From positions 12,338,001 to 12,402,000 of the forward strand of contig JAGIQG010000018.1 in assembly GCA_024679065.1 (NCBI GenBank): a stretch of 64,000 bases of DNA, read 5' to 3'. Under the pieces are notes generated by a model, which saw only the letters and a program-made list of their open reading frames with translations, was not told the DNA's origin and made no database searches. How positions within the stretch are numbered: position 1 is the first letter of the stretch; every line of letters starts with the position of its first letter. A program made the translations under genes and the position numbers. The DNA is from Sphyrna mokarran (lineage: Eukaryota). This document shows, in pieces, positions 26,856 to 38,859 of the stretch.

Positions 26856-29800
26856 CTATTCTGTGATCTCAATTCAGATCACAAATCTGTCCAGATGAAT
26901 GACAATTCAGATCTGCAGTGTTACACTATTGCAAGTCCCACCAAGATATCTTCAGTGATATACTGATTTCTCCTTCCACTTTAAATGTACAAACATAAAA
27001 CACTGGATTAAAGTTAAGAGGTATGGTATTTAACATGGACACTAATGCATACCCTCAACCAGCACTCTTCAGAGCAGCACTATCATTCCTAATTCATTAC
27101 CACAAACCATTCTGTTGTATTTCTATTCATATCAATGAAATATCTGTAACCATAAATATCTCTGAGACATCAGGAAATAAGAAGTTATTCTGCAAACTGC
27201 ACAAGTGGACAGCATAGTCTGGTCCTGTACTCCCTAATTGTTCACTCGATAACTCAATGTACAGAGAAAGATAAATAACAATATTTAATACATACTGCCT
27301 CAGTCGCACGAATTAGTCTTTTTCGTTTGCATCAGAGTGAACTCTTGATCCCATTTTTCTCTTGAAGTGGGAAAGGGTTAAGTGCAAAGAAACATATCAC
27401 CAAAACCATGATATTCACTATGTAAACATTCTAACTTGCACATAAATCCAACATTTATATTATTTGAAATAAACTATTTTGGGGAAAAAAATCTCAATCA
27501 CCCATGGCCTCCTTCAATCTCTCCTTTGCCACTTTCCATGCTTTGATTCCATTTGCACAGATGAGGAGAAAGTACAGGAGATTTAATTATCTGTATCATT
27601 GCTTTGCTACGCATAAATGAGTGGCTGCGATGCCCTATATTACAACGATGGTTACTCCTTTTCATCAATTGTGAAGTATTTTTGGGACATACTGATGTTA
27701 TGAAAAGATGCAAAATATACATAAACTCATTCTTTGCTTGTGCCTTAGCCCAAGTCTGAGGTGATCCTTTAGTAATTCAGCAGAATTCAATTTGCTCTAT
27801 TTGAAAATGGCACGACTTGCCATATCCAAAGAGTTAAGCAAATAGCTTTAAATAACAGATCTATTGACAAATGGCCTGTTCCTGTCTTATTCCCCTATCT
27901 TTTCCGTTTAAATACAGAAACATAAAAATACTGGATTGAAATTGAAGTGATAGGTATATTTAATATGTTGAGATTAATGCATTATACTTTCAACTAATAT
28001 TCCCAACTCATCACCTCAAGTTATTCTGTTATTTCTCTCATCCCACCAATGAAAATTCCACAATCATGAGTATGTCTTTCCCACCAGCAAAAAATTCTAC
28101 AATTAAAGTGAGGGCAGTTTGCCACAATCAATGTGGAGCAGTAAGATAATTTCATCTGTTTGCTATTACACTGTATTGGAATACTGCTAACAGACATAAA
28201 AATAGCCTGTATTCACTTTCCCTGTTATGCTCTCACTGGCCTATTTCCCATTATTTCCAAGTGGTTCGACTGAAGTCAGGAAATTGACAAATCACCAGAC
28301 TTTCTTTTCCTCCAAATTTGCAGCTTCTACAAAAAGATTCCATTTAAAAGGCTGATATGAGCCAGCACTAAAATTCTTGATGCCAGGCATTTGAACTATA
28401 GCAATCAATCCTTTTCTTTTAAACCCACAGACAGAAATTTGGATGCATTTTATTTCCAAATTTCCAACAACACCCGCACAGTGCGCATTCCCAGTTTCTC
28501 TATTGCCACCAAGTTGTGGGTTCTGAGCATACTTGGAAATACAGCAGACAATGCACACTGCCCATTTGATTTTTTTATGCAATTCTCTTGCAATTCTTTT
28601 ATGCAATTAACTTGATTCCACTATTAAAAAACAAATCTCATTTTCACCATGTTATCACAGGGGAAAAAGCTAGGTTTCACACTCTCACTTTGCTCAAAAA
28701 CATTAAACTTCTTTATCTTGAAAAAATGTTTGGCTGCAGGGGTGGTCCCCCATTGTCCAATTTATGAAAGTGGTGTCGACAAAAGTTGTAAAGGATTTTG
28801 CTGTAGTGAAGTTAATTGAGACACAGCTGCTTAATTAGGACATTAAATTCTGTGTCAGGATTAACATGCACTGTATGTAATAAATCTGCCGTTCAGTTAA
28901 GATGGATTGACCTTTATAGGGAGTGGCTTATAGTATATTATTTTGTTTTCATTACATTCATTGCTTTTATAAGAAATGTCACAGTTTACAAATATATCAA
29001 ACAGCTCAATGCATCTCAAAGAATATCAGGTTGCACGAAGAAAACTGCAGAAATTAGGGCAATGTGTCATTGAAGCTGACCAAAGTGGTTGGAGGGGCGG
29101 GGGGGTGCTGCTTTTAGAAACAAAGTAGCCATTGTAGTTTTGTAAACAAAAGCTGTGAATAATTTGCACACCGAGATCTCACAAACAGCAAACTAAATAA
29201 ACAGGATAATCTGTTTCTGCTGATACTGGTTCAAGGAGAAATGATAGCCACGACCCTGGAAGCGGTGGCAAAGAAACCTTATAATCTGTTAATTGGATCA
29301 ACTCTTCCTTCTGCTCTTGGGGTGTGCAAAGATGATAAAGTGAATGTCAACAGCACCTTGATAATTGTCCAGGATCAGTTCAAGACCAGCATTGCTTCAG
29401 GTTGAGCAAGCACCTGCCAGAATCAGAGAAAGGGAGAACAAGTTTCTCATCATCTATCAATTTCTGAGCCAAGGCTGACAGTACAATGAGTTCACAAAAA
29501 TTCAAGTGAAGGGGTTGCAAAGACCCAAACAGTGACACACAGAAGAGGAGTGGCCTTAACACACTGAACCAGAGACTAAAGAATGATGTCAAGTGGCATA
29601 CAAGACTCAGGAAGGTCTCAATGCTTGGAAAATCATCATTGTTACAGAGTACTCTGAGGCCTCTCAAAGTGCTGATTAATATTTAGACTTTGACAGGGAG
29701 TGTCAGGAGAAAGACAGTGATGTTCGCAGCTTGTATCAAATCTTGGCAGCTCGGATTAAGATGATTGAACTGAAATGTTAACCGTTTTTCTCTCTCCACA

Positions 29801-30944
29801 GAAGCTGCCTAATCTGCTGACTACTTCTAGCATTTCTGCATTTATATTCAATCTTTTCAGAAAATTTCTATATGTAGGAACTCTGACTGATTTTTCCCCT
29901 TCCAAGCCCAAAAGTCACAACTGAATCCGGCAACCTTGCTGCCTCTGAACAAGTCAAGGATTAAACCCACGACCCTCCCATCTGCACTGCCATTTCATCA
30001 TGTAAGCCGTTCTTGTCTGGATTTTAGAACTATCAGAAATTCTTGCATGCATATTGCAGGACACAGCACAGCTCCAGTCTGGCTGTAAATTATGACTCAG
30101 AGGAGTGGCAATCACTTCCTTTAGTTCAAAAACATAACCCTTTTGCGAATCACGTAAACCGGGTGCTTGATGCAAATCAAACAGTATGTGATTCCAAGCA
30201 CCTTTCATTTATAACATGATTCTGAACAAAGCCAACAAATTATTGTGCCATGATTTGCTTTACCATCAAATTTTTCTTGCATAAAAAGTTTGCACAATTG
30301 ATTAGAAAATATGGACTCGTGAACTGTACAAATTTTACACACAAAACATTCATCAGTATTGGCAATCTATACTATTTTCCATCCTTGGACAAATACACAT
30401 CAAGGTTGAGGGAACAGGCTGGGTATATCCAAAGCTCAATGCCAATTTAGCTTTCTTTGAGGGAGAATGGGCTGCTCATTTTTAAATATGAACTGCTTTG
30501 AATATTGTCTTCTCTTGTCTGGGAACTTGGGTTCAATGCAACATTCTTTTTGGAAGCGGGGAGAGGGAGGCAGTGATGAGGAATAAACATTAACCTCACA
30601 TAACCACGTCAGCAGAGCCAGGAATACAATAGGGCCATGTGTGTCAACGTATACGGAGTCCCCTTAAGTTACAGAACAGCCTCTCTCACACTAGACACGT
30701 GTTAAAGCACAGATAACATCACAAATCAATCCACAGTTCTTGATGTTGGGAACATATTGGTAGTAGACAATGAGGTTGAAGGGGATAGAATGGCACGAGG
30801 GTGAAGGGGCGGAATATGGCGATGAGAGTGCAATGGAGTTAGGAGGGATGATGGGGATATGCCTGGTAAAGGGCAAAGGCTGTCAGGAAGGGTTGCCAGA
30901 AGAACATGAAGGGGGTTAACAGTTTTTTTTTGCAGGGGGGGAAA

Positions 30945-32010
30945 GGAACACAATCGGGCCGTGAAAGGGTTTGGGGGGGGGGTGGGGTGGGGGGGGTGTG
31001 AAGGGGCTTTGGGGGGGGGGGAACCACAGCCGGGTCGTGAAGGGGCTTTGGGGGGGGGGGGGAACCACAGCCGGGTCGTGAAGGGGCTTGGGGGGGGGGG
31101 GGGAGACACAGCCGGCCCGTGAAGGGGCTTTGGGGGGGGGGGGGGGAGACACACAGCCGGCCCGTGAAGGGGCTTTGGGGGGGCGGGAACCACAGCCGGG
31201 CGTGAAGGGGCTTTGGGGGGGGGGGGACCACAGCCGTGAAGGGGCTTTGGGGGGGGGGAGACACAGCCGGCCCGTGAAGGGGCTTTGGGGGGGGGAGACA
31301 CAGCCGGCCCGTGAAGGGGGGGGGGGGAGACACAGCCGGCCCGTGAAGGGGCTTGGGGGGGGGAGACACAGCCGGCCCGTGAAGGGGCTTTGGGGGGGGG
31401 GGGGAGACACAGCCGGCCCGTGAAGGGGCTTTGGGGGGGGGGAGACACAGCCGGCCCGTGAACTTTGAAGGGGCTGGGGGGGGGAGACACAGCCGGCCCG
31501 TGAAGGGGCTTGGGGGGGGGGAGACACAGCCGGCCCGTGAAGGGGCTTTGGGGGGGGGAGACACAGCCGGCCCGTGAAGGGGCTTTGGGGGGGGGGGGAG
31601 ACACAGCCGGCCCGTGAAGGGGCTTGGGGGGGGGGGGGGAGACACAGCCGGCCCGTGAAGGGGCTTTGGGGGGGGAGACACAGCCGGCCCGTGAAGGGGC
31701 TTGGGGGGGGGGGGGAGACACAGCCGGCCCGTGAAGGGGGGGGGGGGGGAGACACAGCCGGCCCGTGAGGAGCGGGGGGGGGAGACACAGCCGGCCCGTG
31801 AAGGGGCTTGGGGGGGGGGGGGGGGGAGAGGGGAGACACAGCCGGTCCCGTGAAGGGGCTTGGGCGGGGGGGGGAGACACAGCCGGCCCGGAAGGGGCTG
31901 GGGGGGGGGGGGGGGGGAGAGGGGAGACACAGCCGCCCGTGAAGGGGCTTGGGGGGGGGGGGAGACACAGCCGGCCCGTGAAGGGGCTTGGGGGGGGGGG
32001 AGACACAGTG
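30945..32010. repeat. G-rich minisatellite, unit about (G)nAGACACAGCCGGCCCGTGAAGGGGCTT(T), roughly 25-30 copies
   Basis: Directly visible tandem array with variable G-run length; degenerate units continue to ~32180. Confidence 0.95.
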
Positions 32011-32248
32011 AGGCCATGATAGGATTTGTGGGGCAATGAGGCGATGAAGGTGTTCGGGGGGCACAGTGAGGCTCTGCTGGCGTTTTGGGTGGAACACAGT
32101 GATGCTATGAAGGGGTTCAGGGGGGAACACAGTGCGGCTGTGAAGGGTTTGGGGCGGCACAGTGACGGTTTGGGGAGGCTGTGGGTCTCCTGTCACTGCC
32201 CCAGTGAGAGCGGGCCTAATCTTCAGACTTGTTTCTCGGGTCTCTCAC

Positions 32249-32450
32249 CAACTCTGAGTGTGGATCCGGCAGCGGCTCCTCCCTCCTTCCCGTGGTGTGC
32301 CAGTCGGCGCTGAAGGCGGTGCTGGAAGATGTTTTCTACAGTGTTGTTAGTGTGTGGAATCGCCTTCCGCAGCCTGCTCCTCCATAGCTATCCGCAGCCC
32401 AGGCCCCGAGCCTCCAAACACCGGAACTGACGCACACAACGTCACCACAG
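32249..32450 (-). other. RNF216: Probable non-coding exon 1 of RNF216 (5' end approximate)
   Basis: Only unique-sequence CpG-rich island in the window; donor TTG|GTGAGA at 32249/32248 pointing toward the coding exons. Confidence 0.6.
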
Positions 32451-32520
32451 CAGCGTCTGCCGTCAGACGCAGCGCGCGGAGGATTGTGGTGACAGCAGAT
32501 CAGGCCCCGCCCCTTTTTAC
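32415..32520 (-). promoter_or_regulatory. CpG-island housekeeping-type promoter
   Basis: ETS core CCGGAA 32421-32426, CRE-like TGACGCA 32428-32434 and ACGTCA 32439-32444, GC box GGCCCCGCCC 32503-32512, dense CpG, no obvious TATA box. Confidence 0.65.
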
Positions 32521-32524
32521 CCCA

Positions 32525-33850
32525 CCTAGCAACCAACTGCCCCCCTCCTCCTCCCAACCAACTGACCCTTTCCTTCTCCCAACCAACTGCCCCCTTCCTT
32601 CTCCCTCTCCCAACCAACTGCCCCCTTCCTTCTCCCAACCAACTGCCCCCTTTCCTTCTCCCAACCAACTGACCCTTTCCTTATCCCTCTCCAACCAACT
32701 GCCCCTTCCTCCCCCAACCAACTGCCCCCTCCTTCTCCCAACCAACTGACCCTTTCCTTCTCCCTCTCCCAACTAACTGCCCCCCCTCCTCCTCCCAACC
32801 AAACGCCCCCTCCTCCTCCCAACCAATTGCCCCCTCTCCTCCTCCCAACCAACTGCCCCCTCCTCCCCCAACCAACTGAACCCTTCCTTCTCCTTCTCCC
32901 AACCAACTGACCCTTCCTTCTCCTCTCCCAACCAACTGCCCCCCTCTCCCCCAACCAACTGACCTTTCCTTCTCCTTCTCCCAACAACTGACCCTTTCCT
33001 TCTCCCTCTCCCAACAACTGCCCCCTTCCTTCTCCCAACCAACTGCCCCTTCCTTCTCCCAACCAACTGACCCTTTCCTTCTCCCAACCAACTGACCCTT
33101 TCCTTCTCCCTCTCCCAACCAACTGCCCCCCTCCTCTGAACAACTGCCCCTTCCTTCTCCCAACCAACTGCCCCACTCCTCTGAATAACTGTCCCCTCCT
33201 CCTCCCAACCAACTGACCCTTTCCTTCTCCTTCTCCCAACCAACTGCCCCCCTCCTTCTCTCAACCAACTGACCCTTTCCTTCTCCCTCTCCCAACCAAC
33301 TGCCCCCCTCCTCTGAACAACTGTCTCCTCCTTCTCCCAACCAACTGTCCCATCCCCTGACCATGTGCCCCCTACCCTGGTTAACTGCCCCATCCCCTGA
33401 CCATGTGCCCCCCACAGTCAACTGCCCCCTCCTCTCCCAACCAACTGCCCATCCCCTGACCATGTGCCCCCTATCCCAGCCAGTTCCCCCTCCTTCTGCC
33501 AACCAACTGCCCCTGACCATCCCCTGACCATTTGGCCCCTATCACGGTCAACTGCCCCCCCACTCCCTGACTAACTGCCCCATCCTCTGCCAACTGCCCC
33601 CTCCTCCTCCTCCCCCCAACCAACTGCCCCATCCCCTGACCATGTGCCTCCTACTCTGGTCAGCTGCCCCTTCCCCTGACTAGTTGCCCCCACTCCCTGA
33701 CCAACTGCACCCTCCTCCTCCTCCTCCTAACTAACTGACCATCCCCTGACCATGTGCCCCTATCCCAGTCAACTGCCCTTCCCCTGACTAATTGCCCCCA
33801 CTCCCTGACCAACTGTCCCTTCCTCCTCCCAATCAACTGCCACATCCCCT
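32525..33850. repeat. Pyrimidine-rich satellite with core CCAACCAACTG(C/A)CCC; degenerate continuation 34350-35070
   Basis: Dozens of visible CAACTG-core units separated by C/T tracts. Confidence 0.92.
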
Positions 33851-33859
33851 GGCCAACAA

Positions 33860-34349
33860 ATTTGGCATGTCAGCTATGGCTCTCACTAATTTTTAGAAGT
33901 GTGCCACAGAAAGCATTCTTTTTGGTTGTATCACAGCGTGGTATGGCTCCTGCTCTACCCAAGGCCGCAAGGAACTACAGAAGGTCATAAATGTATTCCA
34001 ATCCATCATGCAAACTAGCCTCCCATCCATTGACTGTGTTTACACTTCCCACTACCTCAGCAAAGCACCCCAGACATATTCTCTTCTTCCAGCTTCGTTC
34101 AGGAAAAAGAAACAAAAGTCTGAGCTCACGTACCAACCGACTCAGGAACAGCTTCTTCCTTACTGCCATCGCACTTTTGAATGGACCAACCTCACATTAA
34201 GTTGATCTTTCTCTACACCCTGGTTATGACTGTAACCCTACATTCTTTCTCATTTTCTTCTCTATGAAAGTTATGTTTTCTCTACATAGTGCACAAGAAA
34301 CAATACTTTTCACTGTAAAGTAATACACGCGATAATAAATCAAATCAAA
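33860..34349 (+). mobile_element. Rex1/Babar-type LINE 3' end inserted in the satellite
   Basis: ESILFGCITAWYGSCS..RKELQKV translation, (AAATC)n tail; second copy at ~45905-46258. Confidence 0.75.
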
Positions 34350-35249
34350 GTGCCCCATCCTCTGAATAACTGCTCATGTCCTGACCAATTGCCCCAACCA
34401 CATGGCCAACAGCCTCCACATCATGGCCAACTGCTCTCTACCCCCCAAGTGACTTCCTCTTCCCTATACAATTTCCCTCCCCTCTGTCAACTGCCCCATC
34501 CCCTTACCAACAGCCCCACCTATAGTCAACTGCTCTCTACCTCATTAACTTCTCCTTCCCCACCAACCCCTACCCAATGCCTCTTCCGTCCCCCAACTGT
34601 CCCATCCCCTGACAACTGCCCCATCCCCATGGCCAACTGCTCTCTCTCTCCTCACCAACTCCCACTTTCCTGCCAACTCCCACCTAAGGCCCATCTGCCA
34701 ACCAACTGCTCTTCCCCCACCAATTGCCCCTCCCCTCCCAATTGGCACTCCTCCACAAACTATTCATCCCCCAACTAATTTCTCCCATCTCTGCATTCAC
34801 CCCAGCTTTTCCCTTCTCCTTTCCCAACCTCCAGCCCCCTACCCTTCCCCTTCACAACCCTGCTCCACTGGCCCTCTCCCACTCACTCGTCTTCACCTGC
34901 CCACTACCTCCCGCTCCACCCTCTGCCTAATGCTTCCCCCTTCCTAACCCCAGTCCCTACTCTCTTCCGCTGCTCTTCCTGTCCTGTCCCTGCCCTCCTT
35001 TTCTCCACCCCTCATCCTCTTCCTGTTGCTTTACCTCCCCCATCCATGCTCCAGCCCTTTCCCCCCTTCTTTCCAAATGCAAATATGAAATTGTTCACTT
35101 CAGCAGAACAAAAAATAACTGATGATCTGAATGGTGAGCGACTGCAGAGCTCAGAGGTGCAGAGGAATCTGGGTGTCCTGGTGCATGAATCATTAAAGGC
35201 TAGTTTATAGGTACAGCAAGTAATTAGGAAAGCTATTAGAAAGTTGCTA

Positions 35250-37530
35250 TGTACATAGTTGGATATATGCCTCTTTAAGAGTGTGGTTTAGATGACCCAG
35301 GGCATAGAGGGTGAAGTGTGCTAGGTCAGTTTTGTACTGACTGTGCTACTGTTACATTGGATAAACTGTTCTTGTTTGTTTTACACCCATTTATCTCATG
35401 GTTTCTTTATAGTCCATAATTGGACCTGGTGACGAGGCTGAGACACAGCCCACAGACTGCTTGTTACTGACAGTTTTTCAGAAGAAAAGATTTTGAGAAT
35501 GGCGTGAATTGATGAAATACTGGGATGGATTCACAGGGAAGTAGCCTGGGCATTGAGGAAAATCCTAACAGGACAAGACAGGCTGCATTCAACACATTTA
35601 GAGAAAGGTACTTGCTGGAAAATGGACCAAAGGCAGTGGTCGTGAGAGGATTTGGGCCACAGTCAATAGCCAGAATAAGAAAGGGAATTTTACACTATGA
35701 GCACTGAGATGATTGTGAGAAAGCAATTGTGAGGGGACTTGGGCTGCATTTGATAGAAAGGATGGTGAGAGTGCAGTTGCTGAAGGTGTGGCTAGCATGA
35801 AGAGCATGAAATGAGGGGACTCGAGCTTTGAGGAGCTATTGAAACGCAAGTGCCAGGAAAAGTTTCTGCCAGCAAGATGTGAAAATGGCAGATTAATTCA
35901 GAACAATGGAGCTGTTCAGTGAAGAAATGGAGAGATGGATGTTAGATACAGAACATTTTCATTCATATTTAAAAGCTAATAAAGTGGATGAAGACCTCCT
36001 GGTGGTGGTCTTTCTCAGAACCAGAGGGAGTAAGATATTTACTACACTTAGAAATTTGGTGTAGCCAGAAAAGCTTATGGAGAAAGACCTTGGGGAATTG
36101 TGTAAGGTGTGAAGAATCATTTTGCACCCAAGCCACCAGTGATGGCGGAATGTTTTCAGTTTCATGACAAGGTTCAGATGGAAGGAGAGTCCAGCACTTC
36201 ACCTGTGGCAATTTTTTAAAAAATTGGTCAGACATTGCGAATTTGGTGGGGTTTTTCAAGATGCTTTACGGGATCATTTAGCTTGTGGCCTCCGTAACGG
36301 AGCTATCTAATGAAAACATTTAATGAGAAAGGTCTTACATTTTAAATTATCCTTTGAAATAGCAACCAGGATGGAACTGGCTGCAAATGAAGGGTGTTGG
36401 TGCCTGAGCATACAAAGAAACTGAAGTGCAGAATGGCCCCAAAGAATCAACAAGCCAGACTCGTGAAGTTCAGTGCGTATATGTAAGTGGGTGGGGCATA
36501 TTGCCCGAAATTGTCGGGCGCAACTGAGAGAGGAAAAGGGGAGTCAGAGAGACAAACCCGAGGACAAAACAAAACATACATGTCGCCAGCCCAGAAGGAG
36601 ACAGGGAATTAGCTGAATCTGCAGAGGAAGCGGAAGAGCCTGAATCTACAGAATTTCAACTTAACGTCAGCCAATTGGTCCTGGGTCCTTCCCAAGATGG
36701 AAGGGAAGACAATGTGGAGATAGATACAGGGGCAGCAATGCCACCAATTGTCCATTCTGTGTAGAGATAAAACACTGCTATTGAAGCATGCCAAAATTAT
36801 TTTAGATACCTGCACAGAACAAATGGTACCACTGAAAGGATATGTAAAGGTGAACTGAGGCATCAATGTGCAGAGACTTACATAATCAAGAACAACTATC
36901 CTGCTTTGTTTGCATGCTCTTGGTTGCAGAAATTGTAATTAAATTTGGGTGCGGTGAATAGGCTGGCAGACCTGAGAACAAAACTACAAGCCATGTTCAA
37001 GGGAAGATGAAAGAGGTCAAAATTAAAATTCAGCTGAAGCTAGAGATTTGTCCAGGAGTCTGAAGGTGCATCCAGTACTGTAGGCCATCCAGCCGAAAGC
37101 AGAGGCAGACCTAGAACAGCTGGTGAACGTGGGGCACTGGAACCAATAACGATTTGCAAATGGGTCATTCCAGTTTTCAAAACGAATGGCCTGCTTCTAA
37201 TCTGTGGCAACTTCAAAGTCATTGTCAACCCAACATTGTTTGCGAACCAAGACCCATTTCTTCTCATTGAGGACCTCTTTAGTGGATTGGCAGAGGGGAA
37301 GAAATTTTCGTAGGTGATCTTGTCCTAGACCTATCTCCAAATGAGAGTCACAGCCACCTCTGATGATAGTAACGCAGTGGGATCTTTCCACGAGTAGTGT
37401 CTTCCTTTTTGCATCATATCAGCAGCAGTCCTTTTCCAGAAGGCATTGGATCAACTATTGAGTGGGTTACTGAGGGACCCAGCATGACTTGGATGATATT
37501 TTGGTGACAGGCTCCACCAAAGAGGCTTGA
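35250..37530 (+). mobile_element. Decayed Gypsy/Ty3 LTR retrotransposon (5' LTR, PBS, gag, protease, partial RT)
   Basis: PBS-like TGGTGACGAG 35427-35436; zinc knuckle GHIARNC (~36505); protease EIDTGAA (~36718); RT LICGNFKVIVNP and LDDILVTG; many stops and frameshifts. Confidence 0.88.
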
Positions 37531-37954
37531 AACATTTAAGATCCTGAAGAGTATTCACTGTGTGACGTGGAGAGGATGTTTCCTCTTGTTGGAATGTCTA
37601 TACTTGAAGTCACTGTTTAATCAGGGATCACTCACTTAAGATAGAGATGAGAATGTTTTTCTCTCAGTATTGTGACTCTCTGGAACTGTCTTCCACCTGA
37701 GGCAGCAAAAGAGAATCTTTGAATATTTTTAATGCAGAACTAGATTGATCCTTGAGTAACAAGAGGTGAAAGGTGATCAGGGTAGGCAGGAATGTGGGTT
37801 TAAAGTGACAATTAATTCATCAAAACAAAGCTGGTATAATTGGGGGAGGCAAAAAAACCGAGGATGAATCTGATTTCCACACCCTCCCCACCCCGCTGAT
37901 CTTACCACCTTGCCTTGTCGAAAGCTGGGTGGGATGGGGTCATAAGATCGCATC

Positions 37955-38400
37955 CTCAATGTTTTGGCCTCAACAACTTTCTGTGGTAGCAAATTCCATT
38001 AGCTGACCTGGGTAAATACATTTCTCCTCATCTCTGTCCTAAACGATCTATCCTGTATCCTCAGACTCTGATTTCTAATTCTGGACACATCGCCATCGGG
38101 GACATCCTTCCTGTAGGTACCCTGTCTTGTCCTGTTATAATTTTGTAGGTTCCTATAGGATCCCTCCCACCACTCATTCATCGAACCTAGAACATTACAG
38201 CGCAATACAGGCTCTTCAGCCTTCGGTGTTGCGCTGACCTATGAAATCAATCTAAAGCCCATCTAACTTACACTATTTCAATCATCCATATGTTTATCCA
38301 TAAATCCATTCTTCTAAAGTCCAGTGACTACAATCTTAACTGACTCAATCTCTCCTCATACATCAGTCCCATCATTCCAGGAATCAGTCTGATAAACCTT
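37955..38400 (-). mobile_element. CR1 LINE 3' fragments
   Basis: RIRNQSLRIQDRSFRTEMRRNVFTQ motif typical of the CR1 ORF2 end; related pieces at ~17925-18120, 19590-19770, 25235-25530, 37535-37830, 40560-40860, 63310-63545. Confidence 0.7.
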
Positions 38401-38859
38401 TTCTCTCTAGAGGCAGCAAAAAAAGGAAAAAAGTTACTAAAATACATAGCTCCAGGGTATCAAAATTTACTGAAAACCATTGAAATGTTTATTTTATACT
38501 TGCAGGAGTGCGCCATGAAATTGTGATGGAATCGATTGTGTTACTATTTTCCATGACGAATGGACCCTTTTCCTTCTCGGTAAGAACACTTCCCCGCTTC
38601 ACCTTTCTATTAGTGCAATTGTCACAAATAACTCTGTAAATTCCAATCGATAAATTTTATCTTCCTGTATATTTTCAAGCTTAAAAAAGTGATGTACAAA
38701 AAAGTTAAAGCAATTAAATATATATATTTATTATTATTTTAGTTTTACATACTTGATTGTTGTCCTTCAGTCTTTCTATTTTGGCAGAAAACTTGTCTTC
38801 CTCATACACTGACAGACCAAAGAGATCTCACAAAGTAATCTTATCAATTTTCTAGTTGA

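Noticed and set aside
30945-32010. Repeat-spacer appearance suggestive of a CRISPR array
   Set aside because: The 'spacers' are only G homopolymers, there are no cas genes, and the DNA is vertebrate
30726-32196. Three long proline-rich ORFs (392-436 aa) resembling extensin or formin
   Set aside because: All three minus-strand frames are open because the C-rich minisatellite lacks stop codons; variable homopolymer lengths shift frames constantly, which is incompatible with coding
32336-33845. Gly/Trp/Glu-rich ORFs (e.g. 237 and 279 aa)
   Set aside because: Translations of the CAACTG satellite in several frames; no splice or codon evidence
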